Assembly: GCA_036337225.1 (NCBI GenBank)
Contig: JAYZEP010000008.1
Location: 1,001 to 65,000 of the forward strand
Direction of reading: 5' to 3'
Length of the DNA stretch: 64,000 nucleotides
Source of the DNA: Thermodesulfobacteriota bacterium
GTDB taxonomy: Bacteria; Desulfobacterota_D; UBA1144
Part shown: in pieces, positions 33,169 through 43,947 of the stretch
Numbering within the stretch: the first letter of the stretch is position 1
Layout of the letters: each line of letters begins with the position of its first letter
Position numbers and translations under genes: made by a program
The notes under the pieces: generated by a model
Told to the model about the DNA's origin: nothing
Database searches by the model: none
The model's input: only the letters and a program-made list of their open reading frames with translations

Positions 33169-33774
33169 TTAAATCTTACAGAAATTCCCAAGTATGTTCA
33201 GCCCCAAATCGCTACTCTTCTCTGGATGGAACTGTGTAGCATATATGTTTTCAAAACTGACCGAGGATCCGAAATCATCACCATAAGAAGATGTTGTATC
33301 TACAATGTCTAAATCTGGGTCTATTTTATACGAATGAACAAAGTAAACCCAGGACTCGTCTTTGACATTCTCAAATAATTTAGATTTTCTTTTCATCTTA
33401 ATTTGGTTCCATCCCATGTGAGGTACTTTTAACTTATTTTTATTGAAATTCATTTTACTTATGCTTCCTTGAAAAATTGACAAACCTTGGACACCAGGGC
33501 TTTCTTCACTACTTTCGAAAAGAATTTGTAACCCCAAACAGATTCCCAAGAACGGTTTACCGCTTTTGATAGATTTTTTTATTATTTCTGTTAATCCTTT
33601 GTCATCAAGATTTTGCATACAATCTCCAAAAGCTCCAACGCCTGGAAAAATTAAGGAGCGAGCATTTTCAATGTCTTTAATGGAATCGGTAATCTGTGAT
33701 TCAAAATTTAACAGCGAAAGAGCCTTGTATACTGATTGTAGATTTCCATGACCATAATCGATTATCGCTATCAT
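33169..33774 (-). CDS. hisH: Imidazole glycerol phosphate synthase glutaminase subunit
   Basis: IIDYG.GNL, PGVGAF, GICLG.Q, PHMGWN, YFVHSY, QFHPEKS. Confidence 0.97.
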   Translation of the reverse strand: MIAIIDYGHGNLQSVYKALSLLNFESQITDSIKDIENARSLIFPGVGAFGDCMQNLDDKGLTEIIKKSIKSGKPFLGICLGLQILFESSEESPGVQGLSIFQGSISKMNFNKNKLKVPHMGWNQIKMKRKSKLFENVKDESWVYFVHSYKIDPDLDIVDTTSSYGDDFGSSVSFENIYATQFHPEKSSDLGLNILGNFCKI

Positions 33775-34361
33775 TAAAGATTGCCTTTTGTTGATGGAAT
33801 CGAATCCGATCTTGAATCAATTGACGTAGCAGAATCGAGAGACTTTGCTACAGATTTAAATATTGACTCAACAATATGATGGCTGTTGGTGCCATATTCC
33901 AATTCGATATGTACATTGGCCTTTATATTATTAGTAAATGCTTGAAAGAATTCCCTTGCTAACTCAGCATCAAATTCTCCAATTTTTGAAGTTGGGAGGT
34001 CAACTTTAAAAACAAAAAATGGCCTGCCGCTTAAATCAATGTGAGAAGATGACAAAGTTTCGTCAAAAGGTACAACGCTCGATCCGTATCTCTTAATAGA
34101 TTTTTTTTCTCCTAGAGCTTTCTCAAACGCTTGCCCTAGCGCAATTCCAACATCTTCAACAGTATGGTGGAAATCTATTTCGGTATCACCCAGGGCTTTA
34201 ATTTTTAAATCAAAATATCCATGCTTGGATAATTGTTCAAGCATGTGATTAAAAAAAGGTATGCCAGTATCAATATCGTACTCTCCAGCACCATCAATAT
34301 TCAAATCTACTGATACATCAACCTCGGTTGTTTTTCTTTTAATACTAGCAATCCTACTCAT
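33774..34361 (-). CDS. hisB: Imidazoleglycerol-phosphate dehydratase
   Basis: TGIPFFNHML, HHTVED, NSHHIVE..FK, PSTKG. Confidence 0.97.
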   Translation of the reverse strand: MSRIASIKRKTTEVDVSVDLNIDGAGEYDIDTGIPFFNHMLEQLSKHGYFDLKIKALGDTEIDFHHTVEDVGIALGQAFEKALGEKKSIKRYGSSVVPFDETLSSSHIDLSGRPFFVFKVDLPTSKIGEFDAELAREFFQAFTNNIKANVHIELEYGTNSHHIVESIFKSVAKSLDSATSIDSRSDSIPSTKGNL

Positions 34362-34403
34362 GTTCTGATGTTAAACGAAAAAATATTAATATTCAATTTG
34401 AAG

Positions 34404-35381
34404 TTACATGTCGTGTTCGTCTTCGATTTCCCCCAATACTTCTTCCAAAATATCTTCAACTGTGACAATTCCAACTGCATTCTTGGATGTCCCCACGATT
34501 GCAAGGCTTGATTTTGATTCTTTGAGTTCATCAAGCAATCTAGATGCTAGATAATTTTCTTCGACAAAAAAACAGTCATCTGCGAATTTGGATACCAACT
34601 CATTACCCGATCTTCCTAGAAGATAAAACGCGTGAACAATGCCTTTAATTTGGTTTTTTTTCGTATCATATATCGGAAATCTTGAAAACCCTGTTTCTTC
34701 AATCAATCTTGTAGCATCAGCAACATTACTATTTAAATCAATCGCCGCTACACTATCAATTGGAATCATTATATCTCGAACTTTAACTGTATCGAACAAG
34801 AAAATCTGATTCAATATTTTATCTCTAAATTGTTGAGAGGAATTTTCTACGGCAGATTCAGTTTCTAATGCGTGAATCAGTTCTTCTCTCGTTATCAATT
34901 TACTTTTTGTTCCAATTATTTTTACGATTATGTTGGTTAAAAACCTAACAAGAAAGAGTAGTGGTTTGAATAAGAAACTGAAAATTAATGAAAAATATAT
35001 TGTTTTAAGTACAAACCGATTACTTTGTTTCTGAAATACAGATTTTGGTATAACCTGTCCAAAAATTACAATAAGGGGGGTTAGTATAAGAACGGAGAGC
35101 AGGTGGGGATCATAATCGGGGTATGTCTTCTCTATGAATGATGATACCAGGACTGTATTAATGACAATGCATAAATTTTCACCAACAAGACTCGTTGCTA
35201 CATATTCCTCTATTTTGTTAATTGATTGCGTCACTAATTTGGCTGATGCCAAGCCTTTGTCCGCCTTTGATCTTATCTTTCCTTTGTCGCATGACAAAAG
35301 GGATATTTCTGAACCGGCAAACATTGCTTGGAGAAGTAAAAGCAGTAAGGTCGCAATCGGCAATGTGACAAGATTAATCAT
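34404..35381 (-). CDS. CNNM (DUF21)-CBS membrane protein lacking C-terminal CorC domain
   Basis: FAGSE, IFGQVIPK, GFSRFP, GIVTVEDILEE..GEIEDEHD then stop. Confidence 0.88.
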   Translation of the reverse strand: MINLVTLPIATLLLLLLQAMFAGSEISLLSCDKGKIRSKADKGLASAKLVTQSINKIEEYVATSLVGENLCIVINTVLVSSFIEKTYPDYDPHLLSVLILTPLIVIFGQVIPKSVFQKQSNRFVLKTIYFSLIFSFLFKPLLFLVRFLTNIIVKIIGTKSKLITREELIHALETESAVENSSQQFRDKILNQIFLFDTVKVRDIMIPIDSVAAIDLNSNVADATRLIEETGFSRFPIYDTKKNQIKGIVHAFYLLGRSGNELVSKFADDCFFVEENYLASRLLDELKESKSSLAIVGTSKNAVGIVTVEDILEEVLGEIEDEHDM

Positions 35382-36687
35382 GACTTATCCTTTCCGCCGA
35401 AATTTTCGTAATTCTATTATCTTTTATTTCTTTTACGGTTAATTTGATGTTGCCATTTAAGATAAATTCATCTTTTTTTGGTAATCGTCCTAACTGATTG
35501 AAGACAAATCCTCCCATGGTTTCAATACCTAAATCTTCTGATATGTACGACTTGGTCATTTCGTTCGATATATCATTAAGACCTGCGTATCTCAAAACAC
35601 CATACAAACAAGTTTCATTGAATTCACTAATCCTAGTTCCTCCGTCAAAGTACAAAACGTTATCTTGGAAAATCATTAAATCGTCATCGACATCTCTCTC
35701 ATCTTCAATCTCTCCAAATATTTCTTCAATAATATCTTCAAGCGTAACAACCCCTTCAAGCCGTCCATACTCATCAATGACTATTGCAATGTGACGCTTC
35801 ATGCTTTGTAGTTCTTTCAAAAGCCCTAGTACATTTTTTTTATCAGGGACAAAGTATGGCTCTCTTAATATTGAATAGATTTCTGGCGATTTATGAGTAA
35901 GTAAATCTTTCGAGTGAAGAATCCCTACTATATTATCTGAATCTCCTTCATATACAGGAATTCTGGAAAATCCATTATCCTTTATTGAAACCATAGCTTC
36001 TTCTCTCGTAATATTGCTTGGCAAAAGAAATAAATCTGGCTCCGGAGTTAGTATTTTTGTAAGATTAATCTTTTCTAATTTTAATAGATTATCTATTATT
36101 TTACTTTCACTTCTCTTAACTGAGCCTTCGTCCTCACCTATATCAATTAAACTTGGTATATGCCCAAAGGATTCTTCATAATGTTGAACAGAAGTAGCTC
36201 CTTTGGAATCAAACAACTTTATTAAAAATCTAGATAATCCATCAAAAAAAATAGTTAAAGGGAACATTATTTTGTTTAAAAAATAGACAGGTGGTGCAAC
36301 AACTGTTGAAATAGTTCTTGAAAATTTTACACCAATAGTTTTTGGAATAATCTCACAAAATACTAGGATTATTATGGAGGCTATAAAAATAGTTACTATT
36401 GAGATTAATTCGTCAGATATTCTTCCAAGGAATAATTTATTTAATTTTGATGTAAGGAGACTTGTTATAGTTACATTGAGAATTTCATCCGCTAATAAAA
36501 TTGTTGCGATAATTGATGCGGGGTTTTTAATGAATCCTTCAAGAAGCTTGCCAACAGAGGATTTTTTCTTTATTAAATCTATTTGATATCGCTGAAGAGA
36601 AAAAATAGAACTTTCTGTAATTGAGAAGAAGGCCGATAATAGAATTAGACCAAGCATCAGGATTATAAATAGGGAGTATTCGTTCAT
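35374..36687 (-). CDS. CNNM-CBS-CorC hemolysin-family (Mg/Co transport) protein
   Basis: SAFFS..E, EIIPK, SRIPVY, VIDEYG..G.VTLEDIIEEI.GEI.DE, CorC tail. Confidence 0.9.
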   Translation of the reverse strand: MNEYSLFIILMLGLILLSAFFSITESSIFSLQRYQIDLIKKKSSVGKLLEGFIKNPASIIATILLADEILNVTITSLLTSKLNKLFLGRISDELISIVTIFIASIIILVFCEIIPKTIGVKFSRTISTVVAPPVYFLNKIMFPLTIFFDGLSRFLIKLFDSKGATSVQHYEESFGHIPSLIDIGEDEGSVKRSESKIIDNLLKLEKINLTKILTPEPDLFLLPSNITREEAMVSIKDNGFSRIPVYEGDSDNIVGILHSKDLLTHKSPEIYSILREPYFVPDKKNVLGLLKELQSMKRHIAIVIDEYGRLEGVVTLEDIIEEIFGEIEDERDVDDDLMIFQDNVLYFDGGTRISEFNETCLYGVLRYAGLNDISNEMTKSYISEDLGIETMGGFVFNQLGRLPKKDEFILNGNIKLTVKEIKDNRITKISAERISHD

Positions 36688-37671
36688 CTAGAATCTGTGA
36701 GTAAAACCATCTGGTTTTAAGATTTTATCTTTTCCTCCAATCTCTAATATTATTTTGTTATCTTTAATAATTTTGCCAATTTTAAAAATTTTGAATTTTT
36801 TGGTTCTCGCCAGACTCTCAAATTTCGAGCAAAAATCCCTCTTTATAGTAAACATCAACTCATAATCATCGCCCCCTCGCAAGACGTTCTCCTCTACATC
36901 TTTTACGTTTTGAATTGCCATATGCTCCTTTGATTTGGGTATATCCTCCCAAACGATTCTCGCACCTAATTTTTTTCTTTTTGAACCAATAAGCCTATGA
37001 AGATCTATGAGAAGACCATCAGTTATATCAATCATAGAAGATACATAATTAAGTTGCCCCAGAAATTTTCCCAGTTTGATTTTTGGATTAGGGTGCTTGT
37101 ATTTTTTCACCAACCTTCTTTGTTCCATAGTCTGGATTCTCTTTTGACGTTTACTTAAAATTTTTAATCCAAGCGAAGCATCTCCAATATTGCCCGAAAC
37201 ATAAAGAAAGTCTCCATTGGTACACTTTCCTCTCTCTTTATATTTACGATTTTTTAATTCTCCTATAACAACTACGTCGATAACTAAAGAATTTGATTTT
37301 GATACATTACCTCCAACTAAGGAAATTTTAAATTTCCTTGAAGTTCTTTTAAATCCATCAAAGAGCTTGTCGATAAATTTTTTAGTTGTACCTTGTGGGA
37401 GCAAAAGAGAGTTCAAAAAAAATCTTGGTACCGCTCCCATTGCTACTATATCACTAACTGCTATCGCCAACGAACGTGATGAGATTTCTTCCGGTGTAAA
37501 ATTCTTTTTGTTGAAGTGTACATCCTCAACATGGGAATCACATGAAACAACAATCCGATTATCAATAACTCGACAAACAGCTGCATCATCACCTATTCCA
37601 TTAAATAGTTTTTTGGATTCAGAAGAAAATCTCTTTTTGACTAATGATTCGATGTAAGTTTCATCAAGCAT
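36688..37671 (-). CDS. thiL: Thiamine-monophosphate kinase
   Basis: GIGDDAA, SDIVAMGA.P, VGGN, IDITDGL, GGDDYEL.FT. Confidence 0.93.
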   Translation of the reverse strand: MLDETYIESLVKKRFSSESKKLFNGIGDDAAVCRVIDNRIVVSCDSHVEDVHFNKKNFTPEEISSRSLAIAVSDIVAMGAVPRFFLNSLLLPQGTTKKFIDKLFDGFKRTSRKFKISLVGGNVSKSNSLVIDVVVIGELKNRKYKERGKCTNGDFLYVSGNIGDASLGLKILSKRQKRIQTMEQRRLVKKYKHPNPKIKLGKFLGQLNYVSSMIDITDGLLIDLHRLIGSKRKKLGARIVWEDIPKSKEHMAIQNVKDVEENVLRGGDDYELMFTIKRDFCSKFESLARTKKFKIFKIGKIIKDNKIILEIGGKDKILKPDGFTHRF

Positions 37672-37737
37672 TTTGAGGAGTTGTACAATGTTTACTCTAA
37701 TAAGAATGATAAATTACTTTCGAACTCTTTCCAAGGG

Positions 37738-38877
37738 CTACGCAAGGTAGAGTCCGAGAACATTAAATAAAGTATCAATAATATCCTTTCTTGAATTATG
37801 GCCCATAACTCCTATTCGCCATATCTTTCCTTTCGTTGGACCCAATCCACTACCGATTTCTATATTGTGCTTTAGCAATAAATTTTGCCTAAAGCTAGAA
37901 TCATCAATTCCGTCGGGAATAAAAATCGACTTGAGCATTGGAAGTGAACTATATTTCGTTTTATCAATAAAGGGCTTGATTCCCATTTCCTCTAACTTAG
38001 AGTCAAAATAATCTCCATTTTCTTTATGCCTAGCAAATCTTCTATCAAGACCTTCTTCATGACAAATACTTAACCCCTCATTTAAGGCGTAAAGCATATT
38101 GATCGGGGCCGTGTGATGATACACTCTTTCGGATCCCCAGTAGTTAATCAACATTGTAAGATCTAGGTACCATGAAGCTATCTTGGTAGTTCGTTGTTGG
38201 ATTTTATTTAATGCTTTATTGCTAAAAGTTATAGGAGAAAGTCCTGGTGGTACGCTCAAACACTTCTGAGTTCCGGAATAACATACATCAATATTCCAAT
38301 CATCTGTTTTAACGTCAATCCCAGAGAGCGAAGTTACTGTATCCACGATAAAAATAACATCTGTGGTTTTAAGGTAGTTGCCAATATAAGACAAGCCTTG
38401 AAGTGCTCCGGTGGAAGTTTCCGCATGAACGATCGATACAGCCTTCAAATTCTTTATAGATTTAATTTTTTCAACAACTTTCTCTTGGTCAAAGGTTTGC
38501 CCCCAGTCCACACTCATCTCTATTACAGAGGCTCCATATCTAGAAGCAACATCGGACATTCTTTCTCCAAATACACCATTTTTCAAAACCAAAATCTTAT
38601 CTTCTTTTTCTAGTACGTTTGCCATAGCCATCTCCATGCCAGCACTGCCCGTACCAGAAACAGCAAAAGTAATCTTATTCTTTGTTTGAAATACCTCTCT
38701 AAGTAAATCCGAAATATTATCTAATATATTAAAGAAGTCTGGATCTAAGTGGCTAATGGTTTGTTCAGAAAGTGCCCTTCTAACTCTTTCATCTATATTG
38801 GTTGGACCAGGACCTAGCAAAATCTTTGATTTTAATCCTAAGAAGTCTTGTAATTGTTCTATATTCTTCTCTTCCAT
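37738..38877 (-). CDS. Alanine--glyoxylate / serine--pyruvate aminotransferase (class V PLP)
   Basis: LLGPGP, SGTGSAGME, VHAETSTG, DTVTSL, SGTQKCL..PPGL, YHHTAP. Confidence 0.93.
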   Translation of the reverse strand: MEEKNIEQLQDFLGLKSKILLGPGPTNIDERVRRALSEQTISHLDPDFFNILDNISDLLREVFQTKNKITFAVSGTGSAGMEMAMANVLEKEDKILVLKNGVFGERMSDVASRYGASVIEMSVDWGQTFDQEKVVEKIKSIKNLKAVSIVHAETSTGALQGLSYIGNYLKTTDVIFIVDTVTSLSGIDVKTDDWNIDVCYSGTQKCLSVPPGLSPITFSNKALNKIQQRTTKIASWYLDLTMLINYWGSERVYHHTAPINMLYALNEGLSICHEEGLDRRFARHKENGDYFDSKLEEMGIKPFIDKTKYSSLPMLKSIFIPDGIDDSSFRQNLLLKHNIEIGSGLGPTKGKIWRIGVMGHNSRKDIIDTLFNVLGLYLA

Positions 38878-38907
38878 GAAATAATTATAATTAATTCTAG
38901 TTGAACT

Positions 38908-39693
38908 TTAATTAATTAAAAAATCCAGCACTTCTTTATCCACAATATTTGGATTCTCTTTCCAAAATCCATGTCCACCAGGAAATCCTATTACCTCACT
39001 GTTTTTTACAAATTTGGCTATTTCAATTGATCTTCTTGGGGAGACAATTAAATCATTTTGTCCATAAATAATAAGGGTTTTCGCTTTAATTCGTTTCAGG
39101 TAATCAATATTATCTAACGATTCAATAGCCTTACATTGGTTTAGATATCCTCGTATATCCTTTTCTTTGTTTTTAATCTTACTATTTTTATAAGTAGAGA
39201 AATTTCTATCAACATAATCCCTTGAATAACCCAATAGTAAAGCATTAAACCATATCTCCTTTAATCCAACATTCTTCGCAATCTTTTTAGATACAGAGAT
39301 TATCTCTTTTCCCACTTTGTCTCGTGAAGCACATGTGCATGCAAGGACTAATTTATTGATATTCTTGGGATATTTTGAAGCAAGAACTTGAGCTATCATG
39401 CCACCCATCGATTTGCCCACAACGTGGGTGCGCGAGATATTTAATTTCCGGATTATTTCAATACAATTATCAGCAAAGATTTCCATTGAATAGTCAATTT
39501 CTGGCTTAGCACTTTTACCACTCCCCAGATTATCAAAAGTTAGCACAGAAAAAGAGTCTTTATAGTAATCAATTTGGTGCTCCCAGCTTGACATGGTGCT
39601 ACCTAGTCCGCCGATAAAAAAAATAAAAGGCTTATTTTTTTTCCTTTTTATTAAATAATTAATTTTTCCAAGCTTCGTTTCTAAATACGGAAT
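38908..39693 (-). CDS. Alpha/beta hydrolase
   Basis: FDNLGSGKS, G.SMGG nucleophile elbow, C-terminal GGH; frame extends upstream of ATG 39594 to ATT 39693 (see findings). Confidence 0.85.
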   Translation of the reverse strand: MPYLETKLGKINYLIKRKKNKPFIFFIGGLGSTMSSWEHQIDYYKDSFSVLTFDNLGSGKSAKPEIDYSMEIFADNCIEIIRKLNISRTHVVGKSMGGMIAQVLASKYPKNINKLVLACTCASRDKVGKEIISVSKKIAKNVGLKEIWFNALLLGYSRDYVDRNFSTYKNSKIKNKEKDIRGYLNQCKAIESLDNIDYLKRIKAKTLIIYGQNDLIVSPRRSIEIAKFVKNSEVIGFPGGHGFWKENPNIVDKEVLDFLIN

Positions 39694-40100
39694 TACAAAC
39701 TCCTTAAGTAGCTATCAAGAATGAGGCATGCTGAAAGTAAATCCTGATAGTTTTTTCTTTTTTTTCTAGATATATTCATTGTCTTTATTAATATTTCATC
39801 GGCTTCCTTTGAACTAAAATTTTCGTTCCAGTATTCAATCTTTGTCGTAGTACTTTGTTGCAAATCATGACAAAAATCTTCAATATCGTCCTGGATTTTT
39901 AATCGTCCATCATCTTTAAATGGCATTCCTATTAAAACAAGTTCCGCATTCCGTTCTTTGATAATGTCGGCTATCTCTCCTATGTGGCTCTTATCAGGCT
40001 TGTTTATTACAAGCTTTACAGGATGACTAGAAATTCTTAAGTCATCACATCCAGCTACGCCTATTCTTTTTAATCCAAAATCAATTGCTACAATACTCAT
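39693..40100 (-). CDS. ruvX: YqgF/RuvX-family nuclease
   Basis: AIDFGLKRIGVA, IGMP, WNENFSS.EA, D..SA..IL. Confidence 0.9.
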   Translation of the reverse strand: MSIVAIDFGLKRIGVAGCDDLRISSHPVKLVINKPDKSHIGEIADIIKERNAELVLIGMPFKDDGRLKIQDDIEDFCHDLQQSTTTKIEYWNENFSSKEADEILIKTMNISRKKRKNYQDLLSACLILDSYLRSL

Positions 40101-40280
40101 GTTGGATACATCTATATTATATAGCAATGTCGAACGATTTATATTCTTTTAAAATGAATATTCTTGTATTTTATTGGATTACAATTCTTGAACAGCTCCT
40201 TAGTCGAAACACATGAAAAATCTTAAATAGAGTCATGTAATGGATAGTTTATGATAAAATAATCTAAGATTTATTTTTAG

Positions 40281-41645
40281 ATGAGTGTTGTTACAAGATT
40301 TGCTCCCAGTCCAACAGGATTTCTCCATTTAGGAGGAGTTAGGACGGCTATATTTAATTTTCTTTTTGCAAGAAACAATTCAGGGAAGTTGATACTAAGA
40401 ATTGAGGATACGGACCAAGAAAGATCTACCGTAGATTCCTTAGATGAAATTATATCGTCTCTAAATTGGTTAGGTATTAGTTGGGACGAAGGCCCATATT
40501 TTCAATCAAAGAGACTGGATATTTATAGAAAATATGCGGAAGCCTTATTGGATGAAGGTTTGGCTTATAAGTGCTTTATGACAAACGAAGAAATTCAACG
40601 GCTTAAAGAAGAAGCTTCAAAAAAAAATAAGATATATCAGTATCCGAAAACATGGAGGAACAGGAGTGATCATCCAGATAATGTCGATTTCGTAATACGA
40701 TTTAAAACCCCGGAATCGAAAGAAGTAAAATTCTCCGATTCACTAAGGGGGGGCATTAGCATAGACTCGAGCAATATAGATGATTTTGTTATTTTAAAAA
40801 GCGACGGCTTTCCGACATATAATTTTGCCTCGGCTGTAGATGATGCAGAAATGGGCATTACGAACGTAATCAGGGGGGAAGATCACCTTTCAAACACCCC
40901 AAAACAAGTTCTTATCTTTAATGCAATCAACAAGGAAATTCCTACTTTTACGCATGTATCTATGATACTAGGTAAAGATAAGGCAAAATTGAGCAAAAGG
41001 CACGGCGCTGAGTCGATAAAAAACTTCAAGGAATCCGGATATATGGCAATTGGAATTATAAATTATTTAGCGCGTCTTGGTTGGTCACATGGGGATCAGG
41101 AAATTTTTAACTTAGATGAAATGATTAATTTGTTCTCTCTCGACAATCTCAGCAAATCACCTGCTATATTTGATACCGAAAAACTCGGTTGGGTAAATGC
41201 GTCGCATATCAAACACTCAAATAATGATGACTTAAAAGAATTATTAAAACTCGAACTTTACAAAGAAATCAACGTTGATTTGGCAATTGAACTCACGAAG
41301 GCGAAGTCAAAAGATTTAAATCTATTAAAAGCATCCCTTGGATTTTGCGAAAGTGAATACGTAGACATTAGCGAAGAGTTGAAATCCGAAGCTCGTGAAA
41401 ACGATGGGATTGATTTAATTAAGAAATTTTCTACAGACCTTGATTCTATGAATGAATTTACCGAAGAAACTATCAAAGAACTTTTTGTTACTTTCCTAGA
41501 AAAAAATAGTATAAAAATGAAGAATATAGCTTCACCATTACGAATTATTCTAACTGGTAGCAAGGTTTCTCCAGGGATATATGAAGTGATACGAATTCTA
41601 GGTAAAAATCTAACTTTAAAAAGACTTAAAGTTTTTGTTTCATGA
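40281..41645 (+). CDS. gltX: Glutamate--tRNA ligase
   Basis: RFAPSPTG.LHLG, LRIEDTD, IRGEDH, KLSKRHG. Confidence 0.97.
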   Translation: MSVVTRFAPSPTGFLHLGGVRTAIFNFLFARNNSGKLILRIEDTDQERSTVDSLDEIISSLNWLGISWDEGPYFQSKRLDIYRKYAEALLDEGLAYKCFMTNEEIQRLKEEASKKNKIYQYPKTWRNRSDHPDNVDFVIRFKTPESKEVKFSDSLRGGISIDSSNIDDFVILKSDGFPTYNFASAVDDAEMGITNVIRGEDHLSNTPKQVLIFNAINKEIPTFTHVSMILGKDKAKLSKRHGAESIKNFKESGYMAIGIINYLARLGWSHGDQEIFNLDEMINLFSLDNLSKSPAIFDTEKLGWVNASHIKHSNNDDLKELLKLELYKEINVDLAIELTKAKSKDLNLLKASLGFCESEYVDISEELKSEARENDGIDLIKKFSTDLDSMNEFTEETIKELFVTFLEKNSIKMKNIASPLRIILTGSKVSPGIYEVIRILGKNLTLKRLKVFVS

Positions 41646-42256
41646 AAAAAAAACCAGACATAATAGCAATTGGCATTGCAGGCTTAATAGGAAGCGGGAA
41701 GTCCGAAGCTCTTAAGTTTTTCAGAAATAAAAACATACCGACAGTAGATCTTGATTTAGAATCACGAAAACTGATAAAAAAAGACGCGCCTTGTTACAAA
41801 AAGATAATAAAGAAATTTGGCACTGGAATATTAAACAAAAACTCAACGATAAATACAAAGAAATTAAGAGAAATGATCGTCAACAATAAAACAAAGAGAA
41901 AGGAGCTTAACAGAATAGTACACCCCGAGTTGCTTGCAAAAGTAAAAGCAATTTGTAAAACCAATTCGATTCAGGGTAAACGCATTATTGTCTTTGAAGG
42001 AGCACTAATCTCAACAAAAACGAAACTTGGGAATCTTTTAGATAAAATTATTTTTATTGATGCACCAAAAGAAGTTTTAGTCAAAAGAATTAAGAAACGG
42101 GACGTTTTAGATGAACAATTTGTAATCAAATTACTAGACATGCAGAAAGACATTAAAAAAAATCGTAATACCGCTGATTTTATTATTGATAACGACGAAA
42201 CCCTTGGCAAACTCAAGAGGCAATTACGAGTAATACTGGATAAATTATCTCATTAG
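41642..42256 (+). CDS. coaE: Dephospho-CoA kinase
   Basis: GIAGLIGSGKS, LN.IVHP, ADFIIDN. Confidence 0.9.
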   Translation: MKKKPDIIAIGIAGLIGSGKSEALKFFRNKNIPTVDLDLESRKLIKKDAPCYKKIIKKFGTGILNKNSTINTKKLREMIVNNKTKRKELNRIVHPELLAKVKAICKTNSIQGKRIIVFEGALISTKTKLGNLLDKIIFIDAPKEVLVKRIKKRDVLDEQFVIKLLDMQKDIKKNRNTADFIIDNDETLGKLKRQLRVILDKLSH

Positions 42257-42366
42257 ATTATATTTTTATAGTTAAGATTGTATTAACGTTGGATTTTTAT
42301 CATTAATATTTAACGAGTAATTTTAGCGAATTATTTGTTTTTGGATTATTACTTCGAGAGGTTTAT

Positions 42367-43929
42367 ATGCAAAAGGAACAGACCATGGAACAAAAGATTA
42401 AGTTCCTGGAAGAGAAGATACAAAAGGCCGAGGAAGGTGGGGGACCTGAAAGAATTAAAAAACAACATGAAAGAGGAAAGTTAACCGCTAGAGAGCGAGT
42501 ACATGCTCTTCTGGATAATGACTCTTTTGTCGAGCAAGGTAAATTTGTTGAACACCAAAACCACAATTTTGGAATGGAAAAAACAAAATTTATGGGGGAC
42601 GGTGTTGTAACTGGTTATGGCACCATAGATGGAAGACAAGTATTTGTCTACTCTCAAGACTTTACAGTTTTTGGAGGAGCTCTCGGACTAGGACACGCAA
42701 GAAAGATAACGAGAATTATGGACATGGCAATGCAGGTTGGTTGTCCCGTTATAGGGCTATGCGATTCGGGCGGAGCAAGAATTCAAGAAGGTATACGTGG
42801 CTTAGCCGGCTACGCAGAAATATTCCTACGAAATGTACAAGCTTCTGGGGTCATTCCTCAACTATCTGCAATCATGGGTCCGTGTGCTGGTGGGGCTGTG
42901 TATTCTCCTGCTATGACTGACTTTATTGCAATGGTAAAGGATACAAGCTACATGTTTATTACAGGTCCTGATGTAATAAAAACCGTAACACATGAAGAGG
43001 TAACATCCGAAGAACTTGGTGGGGCTGTTGTCCATAGCACGCAAAGTGGCGTGGCTCAGTTTGCTACAGAAAATGACGAAGATTGCATAAATCTTTTGAG
43101 AGAACTTTTTAGTTTCTTACCTCTTAACAATATGGAGGACCCACCAGAAATAAAATGCGATGATCCAATTGACAGAAAAGTCGACAAACTTAGAGATATC
43201 GTTCCTGCAAATCCAAATAAGCCCTACGACATGAAAGAAGTAATAAGGAGCACCGTGGATAGTGAATATTTTTTTGAAGTAGCAGAAAATTATGCCCAAA
43301 ATATAGTGACAGGCTTTGCTAGAATGAACGGTAAAACCTTAGGGATTGTGGGGAATCAGCCAAGTGTCTTGGCTGGAGTTCTTGATATCCAATCTTCAAT
43401 CAAAGGGGCAAGATTTGTTAGATTCTGTGACTGTTTTAATATACCTCTTTTGACATTCGTTGATGTTCCTGGATTTTTACCTGGGGTTAATCAAGAGCTT
43501 AATGGAATAATTCTTCATGGGGCGAAACTCTTATACGCCTATTGTGAAGCAACGGTGCCGAGGGTGACCGTGATAACAAGAAAAGCATATGGTGGAGCAT
43601 ACGATGTCATGTCTGCTAAGCATATAAGAGGAGATATAAACCTTGCTTTCCCCACAGCAGAAATTGCTGTTATGGGTCCAGATGGTGCAGTTAATATCGT
43701 AAATAGAAGGGAAATACAGAATTCCGATGACCCAGTTGCTGAGAAAGAAAGATTGGTAGAGGAATACAAAAATCTCTTTGCCAATCCTTATAGGGCAGCC
43801 AATCTAGGATTTATCGATGATGTAATCAAGCCCGAGGACACAAGGAGTAAAGTAATAAAATCATTTGAAATGCTTACTGGAAAGAGACAAAGTAATCCGC
43901 CGAAGAAACACGGATTGATTCCTCTGTAA
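42367..43929 (+). CDS. pccB: Acyl-CoA (propionyl-CoA) carboxylase carboxyltransferase subunit
   Basis: [50 protein letters not shown]. Confidence 0.93.
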   Translation: MQKEQTMEQKIKFLEEKIQKAEEGGGPERIKKQHERGKLTARERVHALLDNDSFVEQGKFVEHQNHNFGMEKTKFMGDGVVTGYGTIDGRQVFVYSQDFTVFGGALGLGHARKITRIMDMAMQVGCPVIGLCDSGGARIQEGIRGLAGYAEIFLRNVQASGVIPQLSAIMGPCAGGAVYSPAMTDFIAMVKDTSYMFITGPDVIKTVTHEEVTSEELGGAVVHSTQSGVAQFATENDEDCINLLRELFSFLPLNNMEDPPEIKCDDPIDRKVDKLRDIVPANPNKPYDMKEVIRSTVDSEYFFEVAENYAQNIVTGFARMNGKTLGIVGNQPSVLAGVLDIQSSIKGARFVRFCDCFNIPLLTFVDVPGFLPGVNQELNGIILHGAKLLYAYCEATVPRVTVITRKAYGGAYDVMSAKHIRGDINLAFPTAEIAVMGPDGAVNIVNRREIQNSDDPVAEKERLVEEYKNLFANPYRAANLGFIDDVIKPEDTRSKVIKSFEMLTGKRQSNPPKKHGLIPL

Positions 43930-43947
43930 GAAAAATCGGGTGCGGCA

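Noticed and set aside
40127-40216. 29-codon ORF in the yqgF-gltX spacer
   Set aside because: No SD, no motif, lies in a divergent promoter region
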